DNA of 64,000 nt, taken from contig CDROCS010000091.1 of assembly GCA_977020255.1 (NCBI GenBank), positions 124,001 to 188,000 of the forward strand. The letters run 5' to 3'. Below are positions 29,901 to 41,900 of the stretch, one piece after another (the stretch's first letter is position 1; each line of letters begins with the position of its first letter). A program made the position numbers and the translations under genes. The notes below the pieces were generated by a model. That model made no database searches and was not told where the DNA came from. It saw only the letters and a program-made list of their open reading frames with translations. This DNA comes from Obrimoposthia wandeli. Its lineage: Eukaryota.

Positions 29901-32900
29901 AACAATCTCATCTGCAATAGCCTCTCTCATGTTACTGCCAGTTGTAGACTTGCAGGTGTACTCGGGAATGTAACAATCTCATCTGCAATAGCCTCTCTCA
30001 TGTTACTGCCAGTTTTAGACTTGCATGTGTATTCAGGAATGTAACAATCTCATCTGCAATAGCCTCTCTCATGTTACTGCCAGTTGTAGACTTGCATGTG
30101 TACTCAATGTAACAATCTCATCTGCAATAGCCTCTCTCATGTTACTGCCAGTTGTAGACTTGCAGGTGTACTCGGGAATGTAACAATCTCATCTGCAATA
30201 GCCTCTCTCATGTTACTGCCAGTTGTAGACTTGCAGGTGTACTCGGGAATGTAACAATCTCATCTGCAATAGCCTCTCTCATGTTAAGGGTAAAATTTGT
30301 AGATGTTGTATATTTAATTTATTTCTAAATACCCAAAAGTCCAATTGCAATTCCCTTATCACAAGTCTTGCAAGCACGCGCTTTAAAAATGGACGTTTCA
30401 TTGTCTTCTATGTTCAGGGTTATTATGCAAATGACATAAACAATCTGAGAACACAAGTGGCAAGTTGTTCTCCAAATGCCTGGAGCCTTGATGTATCTTT
30501 ATCAAAATCTGACTAATTTAGTCACAGCCTCCAGATTAGAAAATCTAGCAACATTCTCGGAGTTGGATTTATCGAATAATTGCGTAATCACAAAATTTGT
30601 AGGACCCCCTCGATGTCTCAGGGAATCTTGAGAAGCAATTCCACCACTTTGTATTTGAAGAGGTTCTGTAAAAATTGCCTTCCTCCGATGTCCCTTTTCC
30701 CGATTTACAAATAGAAACACTTTTTGATTCGGATTCTTCTTCATCGGCGGTAGAAATGATTCACTTTCATCTTTTCATTCACTAATTATTCGATTTTCAT
30801 TTCATAATTTACGTAATATTGCCAATTTTTTCAAATCTTGTTTCAGGCATACAATTTAAATAAAAACACTGATTTACAAGTTCATTATTGAAACAAACAA
30901 TAAATTAATAAAGGAAACCGGTCAATTGACCAGAAAGGAAACCTGCTGTCAGAATCCGTAAAAAAATAAATAGAAAGTGAAATTAAATAATAACAATTTG
31001 CAAAGGTATTGAAAATATTAAAGAATTATGCAATATAATTATAAAGTATGGTATCATGTTAAGTAAATTGACAGCCTTGATCATGATAATTTAAAATGCA
31101 ATTTTTAAACAGAAAATAAATTTAAACACTTAATTAAAAATAAAATATACAAAAAATATTTTATATAAAAAATGAATTAAAATAAAAGATTGTGTCATTT
31201 AAATAAAAATAATTTATTAAAATTGAAAAATATTAAAATTTTGAATTACATTTTTTTATTAATGATAAAAAAATAAAGTTACTTTTAACAATTCTGTATA
31301 AAATATATATTTATAAATAAGCTACACTTTTTTTTCATATAAATAGAAGTAAAGTTAGTATAATATTTGTAACAATTATTTTATGAAGTCATCGTATTTA
31401 AGCAATACACAATCAGGATATACAATATACAATATACAACTAAAATAAGCATAAAATTTGAAATATTACAAACTTAAAACAAAACTTTAATCATTATTTG
31501 TACTTATTTTGTTTTGTAAGAAATAAATTTAGCAAATTTTAAGCTAAGATTCGCCGCCAATTTAATATTATAGATTTTTTGAAAAATTGAAGAATATCAC
31601 TTAAGATTATTATCTTGTTAAAATAGTTAAAATATGTAAAATATAACAATCTATTATTATTACTTCCAGTTTAGTGATGTCAATTTACTGAGTTGAATAT
31701 ACATAAAACTATTTGATGAGGAAACTCACATTTGTCTCCTTCTAAAGGCTCGAACTCCTTCGCTGAGAAATCTCCCGAGACGGGGATTTTGTTCGGCCAC
31801 AAATCGAGCCCAACTGCGAAATTCGGGTGGAGCGTTTATAGTTTTTCAGATATTGCAGGGAATTTGAAGATGAAAGCGTTGAAGCCTTAAAATCCAAGTT
31901 CCCGAAATGGACCGACTCCTAAAACAGGTTATAGTCATTTGCAACAGTCTCTGTAAACGGGAATTGGCCGAGATGTGGATATGTTGTATTATACGAAAAT
32001 GCACTTTGAGAGATATTTTTATCCCTTCTCTGTAATTTTCCGTCTTAGAGATATTCAAATTCGAAATAACAACATTCAAACAACTGTGTACTTAATTGTG
32101 ATGATAATCCCAAATATTTTACAGCCGTACCCCCAATAAACAGTTCAGTCAAACTTGTGATTGTGTTAAATGCTTGAAATTGTTTACTGAAAATGTGATG
32201 TGTGAGGGTGTGAAAATATCGATTTTTCCTTTTCCAGTCTCTTTTTGGCGTTTTAGCTGAAAGTTATCGAGAAGCACTTCCTCTGCATTGTAGTATGAAA
32301 ACCGAAGTGTCTTTCAGCATAAACATTTTGTGTTTATTTTATGTCTTATCGGAAAATAAAAGTAGTGGCAGATTTAAAGCGTAAATCGATGGTGGGTTTG
32401 AATCCGCGTTCTCTGGATGGCAAGATTTTTCAAGCTCATTTCAGAAAATGTTTGTGGAAAAAATGTTAGATACATCAAAATTACTTTGTTATTGTATCCA
32501 TCCAGGTTAACACACAAAGTCGTGGTTTACAGATAAGGCTGTTTGATGCGACCTGAATAAACGCAACTTGTTATTTCTTGATCATCCAAGCTACCATGAC
32601 CTATTTTAAAAGTGAAATGTCGGTGTCACATTACCTTCTTTTCCTTGATCCATGACAACGCTCGAGCACAGCCGGCCCAACTCGTTAACAACGGTGTTAT
32701 ATTTGATAAATGTTTAATGAATAGTTATTTCCAAATAATTCATTAGCAAATTTTTTTGCCTTCAGTATAAACAGCAACAATTACATTTTCAGCAATAACT
32801 ATAAAAATAATGATCAGGAAAATTTCAGTTTTAATCAATAAATGCATTAACAATGGTCAGCAATACTTTATGTATTCTTTAAAAACAGTAATAAATATGG

Positions 32901-35900
32901 TCAGCAATAATTCTTCTTTTTTATAGAAATTTAAAAATTGGTCTTAGAAATAATTACAAATCTTTATTTGCAAATCAAATTTTTATTCATTTTTCTGTCG
33001 TAAGTGATATATAAATTTGCAGACACACACGTAAATCGGTATCACTATACAGACATAATCAGTAAAATAACAGGTGTGTGTGTGTGGTGCACTTGAAAAT
33101 TGTCAGACAGGAAAATCAATAGAGGAGGCAGTAATTCCTTCTGTATTATCTCCTACTTCGCAGGCAATAAGCAGAAAATAAAAACCGGTAATCGCTGTAT
33201 AATTTTATTTTCGTTTGACTGTCTCGAATGATAAACTAAAACTTTAAATTGGAATATATCAAGTCCCAACCGATATATTAAAAGAGTTCTACTCGTATTA
33301 TCTAAATTTGATTATAAAATAATATTATCTTCGCTCGAAACAAGAAAGAGAAAATTTCTAGTTGAACATGTTGTCCTATATGGATAGAGGGGATTAGATC
33401 GGACATATCCACCTACGTGCTAAATGACATGTTGTCCTATATGGATAGAGGGGATTAGATCGGACATATCTACCTACGTGCTAAATGACATGTTGTCCTA
33501 TATGGATAGAGGGGATTAGATCGGACATATCCACCTACGTGCTAAATGACATGTTGTCCTATATGGATAGAGGGGATTAGATCGGACATATCTACCTACG
33601 TGCTAAATGACATGTTGTCCTATATGGATAGAGGGGATTAAATCGGACATATCCACCTATGTGCTAAATGACATGTTGTCCTATATGGATAGAGGGGATT
33701 AGATCGGACATATCTACCTACGTGCTAAATGACATGTTGTCCTATATGGATAGAGGGGATTAGATCGGACATATCTACCTACGTGCTAAATGACATGTTG
33801 TCCTATAAGGATAGAGGGGATTAGATCGAACATATCCACTTATGTGCTAAATGACATGTTGTCCTATATGGATAGAGGTGATTAGATCGGACATATCCAC
33901 CTACGTGCTAAATGACATGTTGTCCTATATGGATAGAGGGGATTAGATCGGACATATCCACCTATGTGCTAAATGACATGTTGTCCTATATGGATAGAGG
34001 GGATTAAATCGGACATATCCACCTACGTGCTAAATGACATGTTGTCCTAAGGAGGAGGGACGTAGATTAGACCGAACTGCCACATTGGCTTGGAAAAGAG
34101 AAGGAATGCACCAAGAAATTCCAGGGACGCAGAACAGTCGGAGAATATACCGGAGAATCATACGGACCCCATATGGAAACTGTAGACCATGTCAATGAAT
34201 CAGCATTTTAAAATATCTAACTTGAACTGTTTGAATTTTTGTTGTCTTTGAATGGAGAATAAAGAAGCAAGTACATGTGTTGATGTGTTGACGTGTTGAT
34301 GTGTTGATGTGTTGACGTGTTGACATGTTGATGTGTTGATGTGTTGATGTGTTGATGTGTTGACGTGTTGATGTGTTGATGTGTTGACGTGTTGATGTGT
34401 TGATGTGTTGACATGTTGATGTGTTGATGTGTTGATGTGTTGATGTGTTGATGTGTTGACGTGTTGATGTGTTGATGTGTTGACATGTTGATGTGTTGAT
34501 GTGTTGATGTGCTGATGTGTTGACATGTTGATATGTTGATGTGTTGATGTGTTGATGTGTTGACGTGTTGATGTGTTGATGTGTTGATGTGTTGATGTGT
34601 TGATGTGTTGATGTGTTGATGTGTTGACATGTTGATGTGTTGATGTGTTGATGTGTTGATGTGTTGACGTGTTGATGTGTTGATGTGTTGATGTGTTGAT
34701 GTGTTGACGTGTTGACATGTTGATGTGTTGATGTGTTGATGTGTTGATGTGTTGACGTGTTGATGTGTTGATGTGTTGACGTGTTGATGTGTTGATGTGT
34801 TGACGTGTTGACATGTTGATGTGTTGATGTGTTGATGTGTTGACGTGTTGATGTGTTGATGTGTTGATGTGTTGACATGTTGATGTGTTGATGTGTTGAT
34901 GTGTTGATGTGTTGACATGTTGATGTGTTGACGTGTTGATGTGTTGACGTGTTGATGTGTTGATGTGTTGATGTGCTGATGTGTTGACATGTTGACATGT
35001 TGATGTGTTGATGTGTTGACGTGTTGATGTGTTGACGTATTGACATGTTGATGTGTTGATGTGTTGATGTGTTGACGTGTTGACATGTTGATGTGTTGAT
35101 GTGCTGATGTGTTGACATGTTGACATGTTGATGTGTTGATGTGTTGATGTGTTGATGTGTTGACGTGTTGACGTGTTGATGTGTTGATGTGTTGATGTGT
35201 TGATGTGTTGATGTGTTGATGTGTTGATGTGTTGATGTGTTGATGTGTTGATGTGTTGATGTGTTGATGTGTTGATGTGTTGATGTGTTGATGTGTTGAT
35301 GTGTTGATGTGTTGATGTGTTGACATGTTGATGTGTTGATGTGTTGACGTGTTGATGTGTTGACATGTTGATGTGTTGATGTGTTGATGTGTTGACGTGT
35401 TGATGTGTTGATGTGTTGACGTGTTGATGTGTTGATGTGTTGATGTGTTGACGTGTTGATGTGTTGATGTGCTGATGTGTTGACATGTTGACATGTTGAT
35501 GTGTTGATGTGTTGACGTGTTGATGTATTGATGTGTTGACGTGTTGATGTGTTGATGTGTTGATGTGTTGATGTGTTGATGTGTTGACGTGTTGATGTGT
35601 TGATGTGTTGATGTGCTGATGTGTTGACATGTTGATGTGTTGACGTGTTGATGTGTTGACGTGTTGATGTGTTGATGTGCTGATGTGCTGATGTGCTGAT
35701 GTGCTGATGTGTTGATGTGTTGATGTGTTGATGTGTTGACGTGTTGATGTGTTGATGTGTTGATGTGTTGATGTGTTGATGTGTTGATGTGTTGATGTGC
35801 TGATGTGTTGACATGTTGACATGTTGATGTGTTGATGTGTTGACGTGTTGATGTGTTGACATGTTGATGTGTTGATGTGTTGATGTGTTGACGTGTTGAC

Positions 35901-38900
35901 GTGTTGATGTGTTGATGTGTTGACGTGTTGATGTGTTGATGTTTTGATGTGTTGACTTGTTGATGTGTTGAGAATTACTTGAACTGGAAATCATTTGCCT
36001 CGTTGTTCTAAAATTCTAACAGACGGAGCTTACACATATTGGTCTGCCATTTCTTCTTCTCCGATCTTTGATTTGATGAATATGTCAGAAGAGATAATTG
36101 TTACACAAGAAAGAATATTTAAGGAAAATATGAAAATTGCTGTATTTTATAATAAGTATTTTTATTTCACTTATTTTACTAAAACGTCTCATCAAAAAGT
36201 TCATGTACAGATATTTTTGTTGGGTTAGCGGTTTTAAATCATGGCCTGACTTTTCTAATTGTTTTTATCAAAAATTGTGCTCAACGTTTTCAATCAAAAG
36301 ACAGCATAAAATAAAATGAGATTTACCGCGACCAAAGGCAACACAGCCGAATTCTCAACGGATCCCATTCAACTTATTCTAAGCTGCCGGTTCAGAAGTT
36401 TAGCTGAAGAAGAGACACAGCGAAATCACCACACATTGGGCCCGATAAAGTCAGCCTTGAAAACAGAGTCGAGAATAAATCGAGTTAGCAGAACGACCGT
36501 GAGAAATGGAGACTCGCGACTGTCAGTGAATCCTTCGACAAAAAGCAAGAAGACAGCAAAAGTTCATACTGCAAAGTTATATGAAAATTGTCTTGGTGTA
36601 AAGGAAATTATGAGCGTAAATACTTTTAAGAAAACGTCGAAGGAGGCATACTGAAATGTTCCTGTGCTTATGCATCCCAAAATCATTTAAAGATTGCAAA
36701 TTATTTCCATTCTCCTTATGTATTTTTACTTTAGACTAGATCTACATTTTCCAAAGTCGAGAAGATACTTACTTTCACTTTAAACTTTTTTATGTACTTA
36801 TTATTATGAGTAAACTATTGTTTTATAATTTTATTCAAATTATTTTTATCGATTTATTTTACACAAATGAGATGCATAAAATCTCAATTAACTTTTAGGT
36901 TTAATAGAAACTGTCTGACAATTAAAAAAAAATCAATTCGTCAGCAAATTTTCATAATCATTATATTTGATGGACCGTAGACAAAAATGTTTAAAAGAAT
37001 CATTGTAAGTCTGTCATTTACATTCTCTTTTCGTGGGAGTTTAAGTGGCTATGGATAAAAGAAGGATTAAATAAATCATTAATTTTCAGCTGTTGTACAG
37101 ATTCATCAAAGTTAGTTTTACATATATTAAAACACCTTTACCAACTTTCTTGGAAAGAAGGAATGACATTTTTGCACATTTTCATAGCTATTTTGTGCTT
37201 CAACTCGACAACATTTCTTTAGATCACGAATTGTGTTGGGTTTGTATTGGTGGACCTTCGTCTCCAATTGTTTCAGACAAAACACCTAAAGGGAAGGCCC
37301 AGGAAGACTTATCGGCGGTCATTCAGAACTGAGTCCGAAATTCTCTCACAGCACAGAATTAGGTCCAGGTGCTCCGTCTTGTTTATTTGGAGTGTATTTG
37401 GTTTACTAATGATGACATAAATAATCTCTGGTGCATGACAAAAATAGGTGCTGTTGACATTTTCATCAATAGAGAGAAACATCAAATACATTCCTTTGTG
37501 AGACACTCTTATGTCCACCCACACATGCACACAGGGACTTGAATGGTGACTGATGTGTATGACTAAACATTTCTGTGCCCCTTAACCGACAATTGACACC
37601 ATCCAATCGGAATGTCGACTCATCGGATAATGTTTTCATCGTCATTTATTCTTTCCAACAAATCTTCAATATCACTTTCTCCTCGCCCACAGAAGGTCAC
37701 TCGATTTGGGAAAAATCTATACACCTCCAGTGTTCCTAAATCTTTCACGTACAATGTCCTGATAAACATTCTTTCGTAATATTTTTCATGTTTTCAAGAA
37801 AGGGGCCACAGATATCTGTAATATTGACCAAATGAGAAAAAATAAAACTTTGAACAGTTTCAAATAAATTAATATATCACACGACATTAAATAAATTTAT
37901 TATATCAATCTTTTGTAAGCATTCTGTAATGAAATTCTTTTTCTTTCAAACGATTTTGGAGCTTAATTAGTTCATGAAAATTCAAAAGAAAAACTATATG
38001 GATACCGATAATAAATAGGCTGTTATCTCATCTGTTTGAACACAAAAAATCACTAAGTGATTCCTCGAATGCAAATAGACTCAGATTTATATTGAAACAA
38101 ATTTATTGTCAGCCAATTTCAAATCAAAATTCATAAAAAAGTTAATTTTTAAATATTTGATTTTTTTTACAATTTTTGACCTACGTTTTAAAAACTTTTA
38201 TTGTTCCATTTTCTTCTATTTCACAGTATTGTATTGTCAATGCTTGTTTACACCCACGACCCAAGTTCTGGCTCTAGTAATATATTCCTTTAAAAAGTTA
38301 TAAATGTATCTCCTTAGTTCAAATGAATATTCATAATGAATATTCAGTGTAATTACGGTTAGTAGGACCATATCGATACGTTTACTGGTATCCGTTTTGA
38401 TTTTCTTCTAGAAGATTCGTAAATAAAGTTAGTGTAGTAAAACAAATCTCAAATACACACCAATATTGACATTTCAGCTTAATAAATTCCAAATTAGGCT
38501 ATATTTGACTTTCGCATTTGTTTTATGAGCGTCCTTGCCTGTCTCCAGTTGACCTACTTGAGGGCGACCGCGGGATTTCGGGGAACGCTGGATCCGACCC
38601 CGGTAAGGAGATAGCGCGCGTACATGGCCCCAGAGTGCGGTTGACCTTGAGTTGCTGCCTTCTCGAAGTGACGGAAAGCGAGGATCTGAAATGGATATTG
38701 AGCAAATTGGCAAGCTCTTGAATAAGTATCTGTTGTTAGTAAAATATAATTTGTGTTTGCCTTTTAGTTGATAACTATTTATATTTTGTCCTTTAAAGAA
38801 AGTTTAAAATTTTGTTATTTAAAGATATTAATTCTCATTACATCTAAAATGGGAACACATTTTGCGGGAAGTTTTATTACTTAATTTTAATTTGATGGAA

Positions 38901-41900
38901 AGTGTTGATAAAAGTCATCGTTGTGGTCGTTTATGTGATCTTTCCAAAAGAAGTTGGGGAGATTGGTTTAGAAACGAAGATTGCCATGTGAAAGACGAAG
39001 ATTTAGAAGCATTTCTTGACGAAGACTCATATGAACACTGAATGTTGAATATTCGACTGTAATTAAGCGTTAAAAATAAATGGTTCAAGAACGGGGAAAT
39101 TGAATGTTGCGTGAACACTTGCGAATATTTACTCCGAATTACTGCTGGTGATGAAAAGTTGCTTATTACAGTAATCAAAAGAAAAGAAAATTATGTGTGA
39201 ATCCAACCCAGAATTTGACTTGATGATTGGAGTATTCAAAAGAACCAGATTTACTACCTGAAGATGGAAAAATGTCGTAGCTAGCAACGGGAAACATTTT
39301 GAATAAAGATTTTTCTATTTATTTTTCTATTTATTTTATTATTAGTTTTGTTTATTTTAAAGCGGAGGAAACCCTAACCCAAATTATAAATGTTCAATCT
39401 GCCCAACATTTCAAGGTCTCTTTGATAAAACGTTTGATGTAATTTGGACGTGTTTGTCTCTTTAACTGTAAATGCTTTTTAAATTATCCAAATGTATCGT
39501 TAACATTTAGATTATCTGTATTTCACAAAATTATTATCCCAATATATTCAAATAAATTAAGGGTACAAATTACAGTTTAAAATATGACAATTCAAAGTTG
39601 GAATCATTCAAGGGTCCGTAAATTAAAAAGACAATTAAAAGTTTTGCAAGAAAGCCAAGAAACTTTGATCTATATAACTAGAATTTGTTCTGTTAACTAT
39701 ACTTTTCTTTTTGTGCAACAAATTTTGTAATTTATGTAAAATACTAAAATGTTAAACTTAATTTATTTATATATATGTACTACTTATAAATAAAGGTGAT
39801 ACATGTATATTTTAATTATTAAAAAAATTAAAATTTTGGAAATGCCGATTCCAACTCTGTGACTATATTCCAACCTTTAACCCATTGTTTTATCAGCACA
39901 AAGTAACGTGATTCTGAAAATTATTCAAAATTTATCTATTTCAAATATTTTGTTTATAACCTAATACATGCTAGTAAGAATGATGATATAATTTTATTTA
40001 ATCTGTTAGTTTTGGAATTCTGTCCTTAATAAGTAGGCATTTAACTCGTAAATTCTTAAGGGAGAATGTTTTACTGAAGTGTCTTCCTTGACTCAGTCTT
40101 AACTCTGATGGTTGTCAATTGTACTTCTTCGGTCCTTTGTCTCCTTTTTCGACCCTAATTCTTGGCAATTCAACGTCTTTCTTCTATGAGTGTTTATCTT
40201 GATGATCTGAAGTATTTTGTATGAATTATCGTCTTATTGTCGTGATCCAACTCTTCTGCTGCTTCATTGACTTTTATACGAAATTGGCTCTGCTGTATGT
40301 TGAAGTTGCTGCCTGATGATTTGCTGAATTCGGACTGTTTATATTTTTACTCTATCCACATTTCTTTGCAGACTTTTGTGATTTGCTAGCAGTAGCTACG
40401 TTGCTTTTCCCATTAATCTACAACTCCACTACGCTGAAATTCTACAATAGCATCAATTATTAGTCATTCTCGGGCGACTTCTCAGTCTCAGAGATCACCC
40501 GCGGCCATTTAATCTGTTAATTGACAGTTTCTTATTTTCTATTCAGTTAAAAATGCTATTGACCCCATACCAATGAAGGACAGAAGTTATCGAAAAGCGC
40601 ACATGGGAACATGTTAATCATTTCTGTGGGTATGGAAACATTTAAGCTTATGGTCGGGAATTACAGTTTTAGCAATATGAAAATGACAAGCACAATATAA
40701 AAGCAACGTACTATATATACACTAACATGCACGTATTTGAAAATAGTTTATATTAGAAGTCAGCTATTTCTGTGAAAGATATAAATAAATAACATTATGA
40801 CGCAATCTTTATTAATTTAATTATTTTACAAGACATGCTATTAGAGATATTTCCTTAGTATATTTCCGAGAAATTTGAAAGAAACTGAAATGAGATAAAA
40901 TCGAAATCAACTTCCAGCCGCATAAAAATGAAACCAACTCTATAATGACGGGAATGTCGCCCCCACTGACCTTATCCTTGACTACAACCTGACCCGGAGC
41001 CTCGTGGTAGTACACACCAAGGTTGTACCGCGCATCAGCGTTGCCCAAGGCAGCAGCCTTCTCGTAGTAGGCCAAGGCTTGATGTAGGTTTCTGTACTTG
41101 GTCTCATGTAGCCAACCCAGCGCGGTCAGAGCTCGTGGATCCTGTAAGTGGGTCAGATTGCATTAATATATCTCTGCCGAACAGTGGTTCCAAAATGAAA
41201 ACTTATTAAGCAGTGTATTTCAGTTTGCCGTTTAGGAAGATTCAAATCACTTTCTAAGTCATCCAACTGACCCTGACGTTTCCACGTTTCCTAAACTGTA
41301 TTCGTAATATCATTCGCTATAATAATCTCAGCAGTATCTACCACAGATCAGAATCTTTATAAATTACAAAGTGAATTTTATCAATTAAGTATAAAAATTT
41401 TTAAAATGCCTATTCTAGAAGTAACATTAACATACTGAAGCTAACTTTTGGAAACGGGTACAATAATTTTGAACAAATGTTTACTTTATCAGAGTTGAAA
41501 ATCAGAACGAATGATCATGATCATAGAACGTATCAAATACATCAAAACATGGCAAGGAGTAAAGATTAATTGTTAACTTGAGGCAACAACTCATTCCCTG
41601 TGAAGAACTGATACAATGTAAAATGTCTGTTTGTCAACATGTTTGTGATTTGTCAACGATGTCGTGGCAATCCAATGTCGAGGGCATTCGTCTGTCTCCG
41701 AGATGATCCTTCTACCGTAGAAGTGATAAATGCATCCCACTCGAGCAAAATCTATTCAATCGACGAATATCGTATTTTACGAAATAATGATATTTGTTTT
41801 ATTCAGCTTACCGTTTATATCGAGGGCAACTTTGAACAGTTACCGACAAATATAATTTTTGATGGATTTGTGTTTTCGCTTATTTCATATTTCCCCCTGG

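Noticed and set aside
30350-30750. Possible piggyBac C-terminal Cys motif (ACKTC)
   Set aside because: Too short and unsupported by other motifs.
34192-35994. 600-, 540- and 425-aa ORFs (HQHINTST repeats)
   Set aside because: These are translations of an 8-bp satellite that lacks stops on the minus strand; all three frames give the same peptide.
36316-36654. 112-aa plus-strand ORF
   Set aside because: No recognisable motif; intronic and antisense to the host gene.
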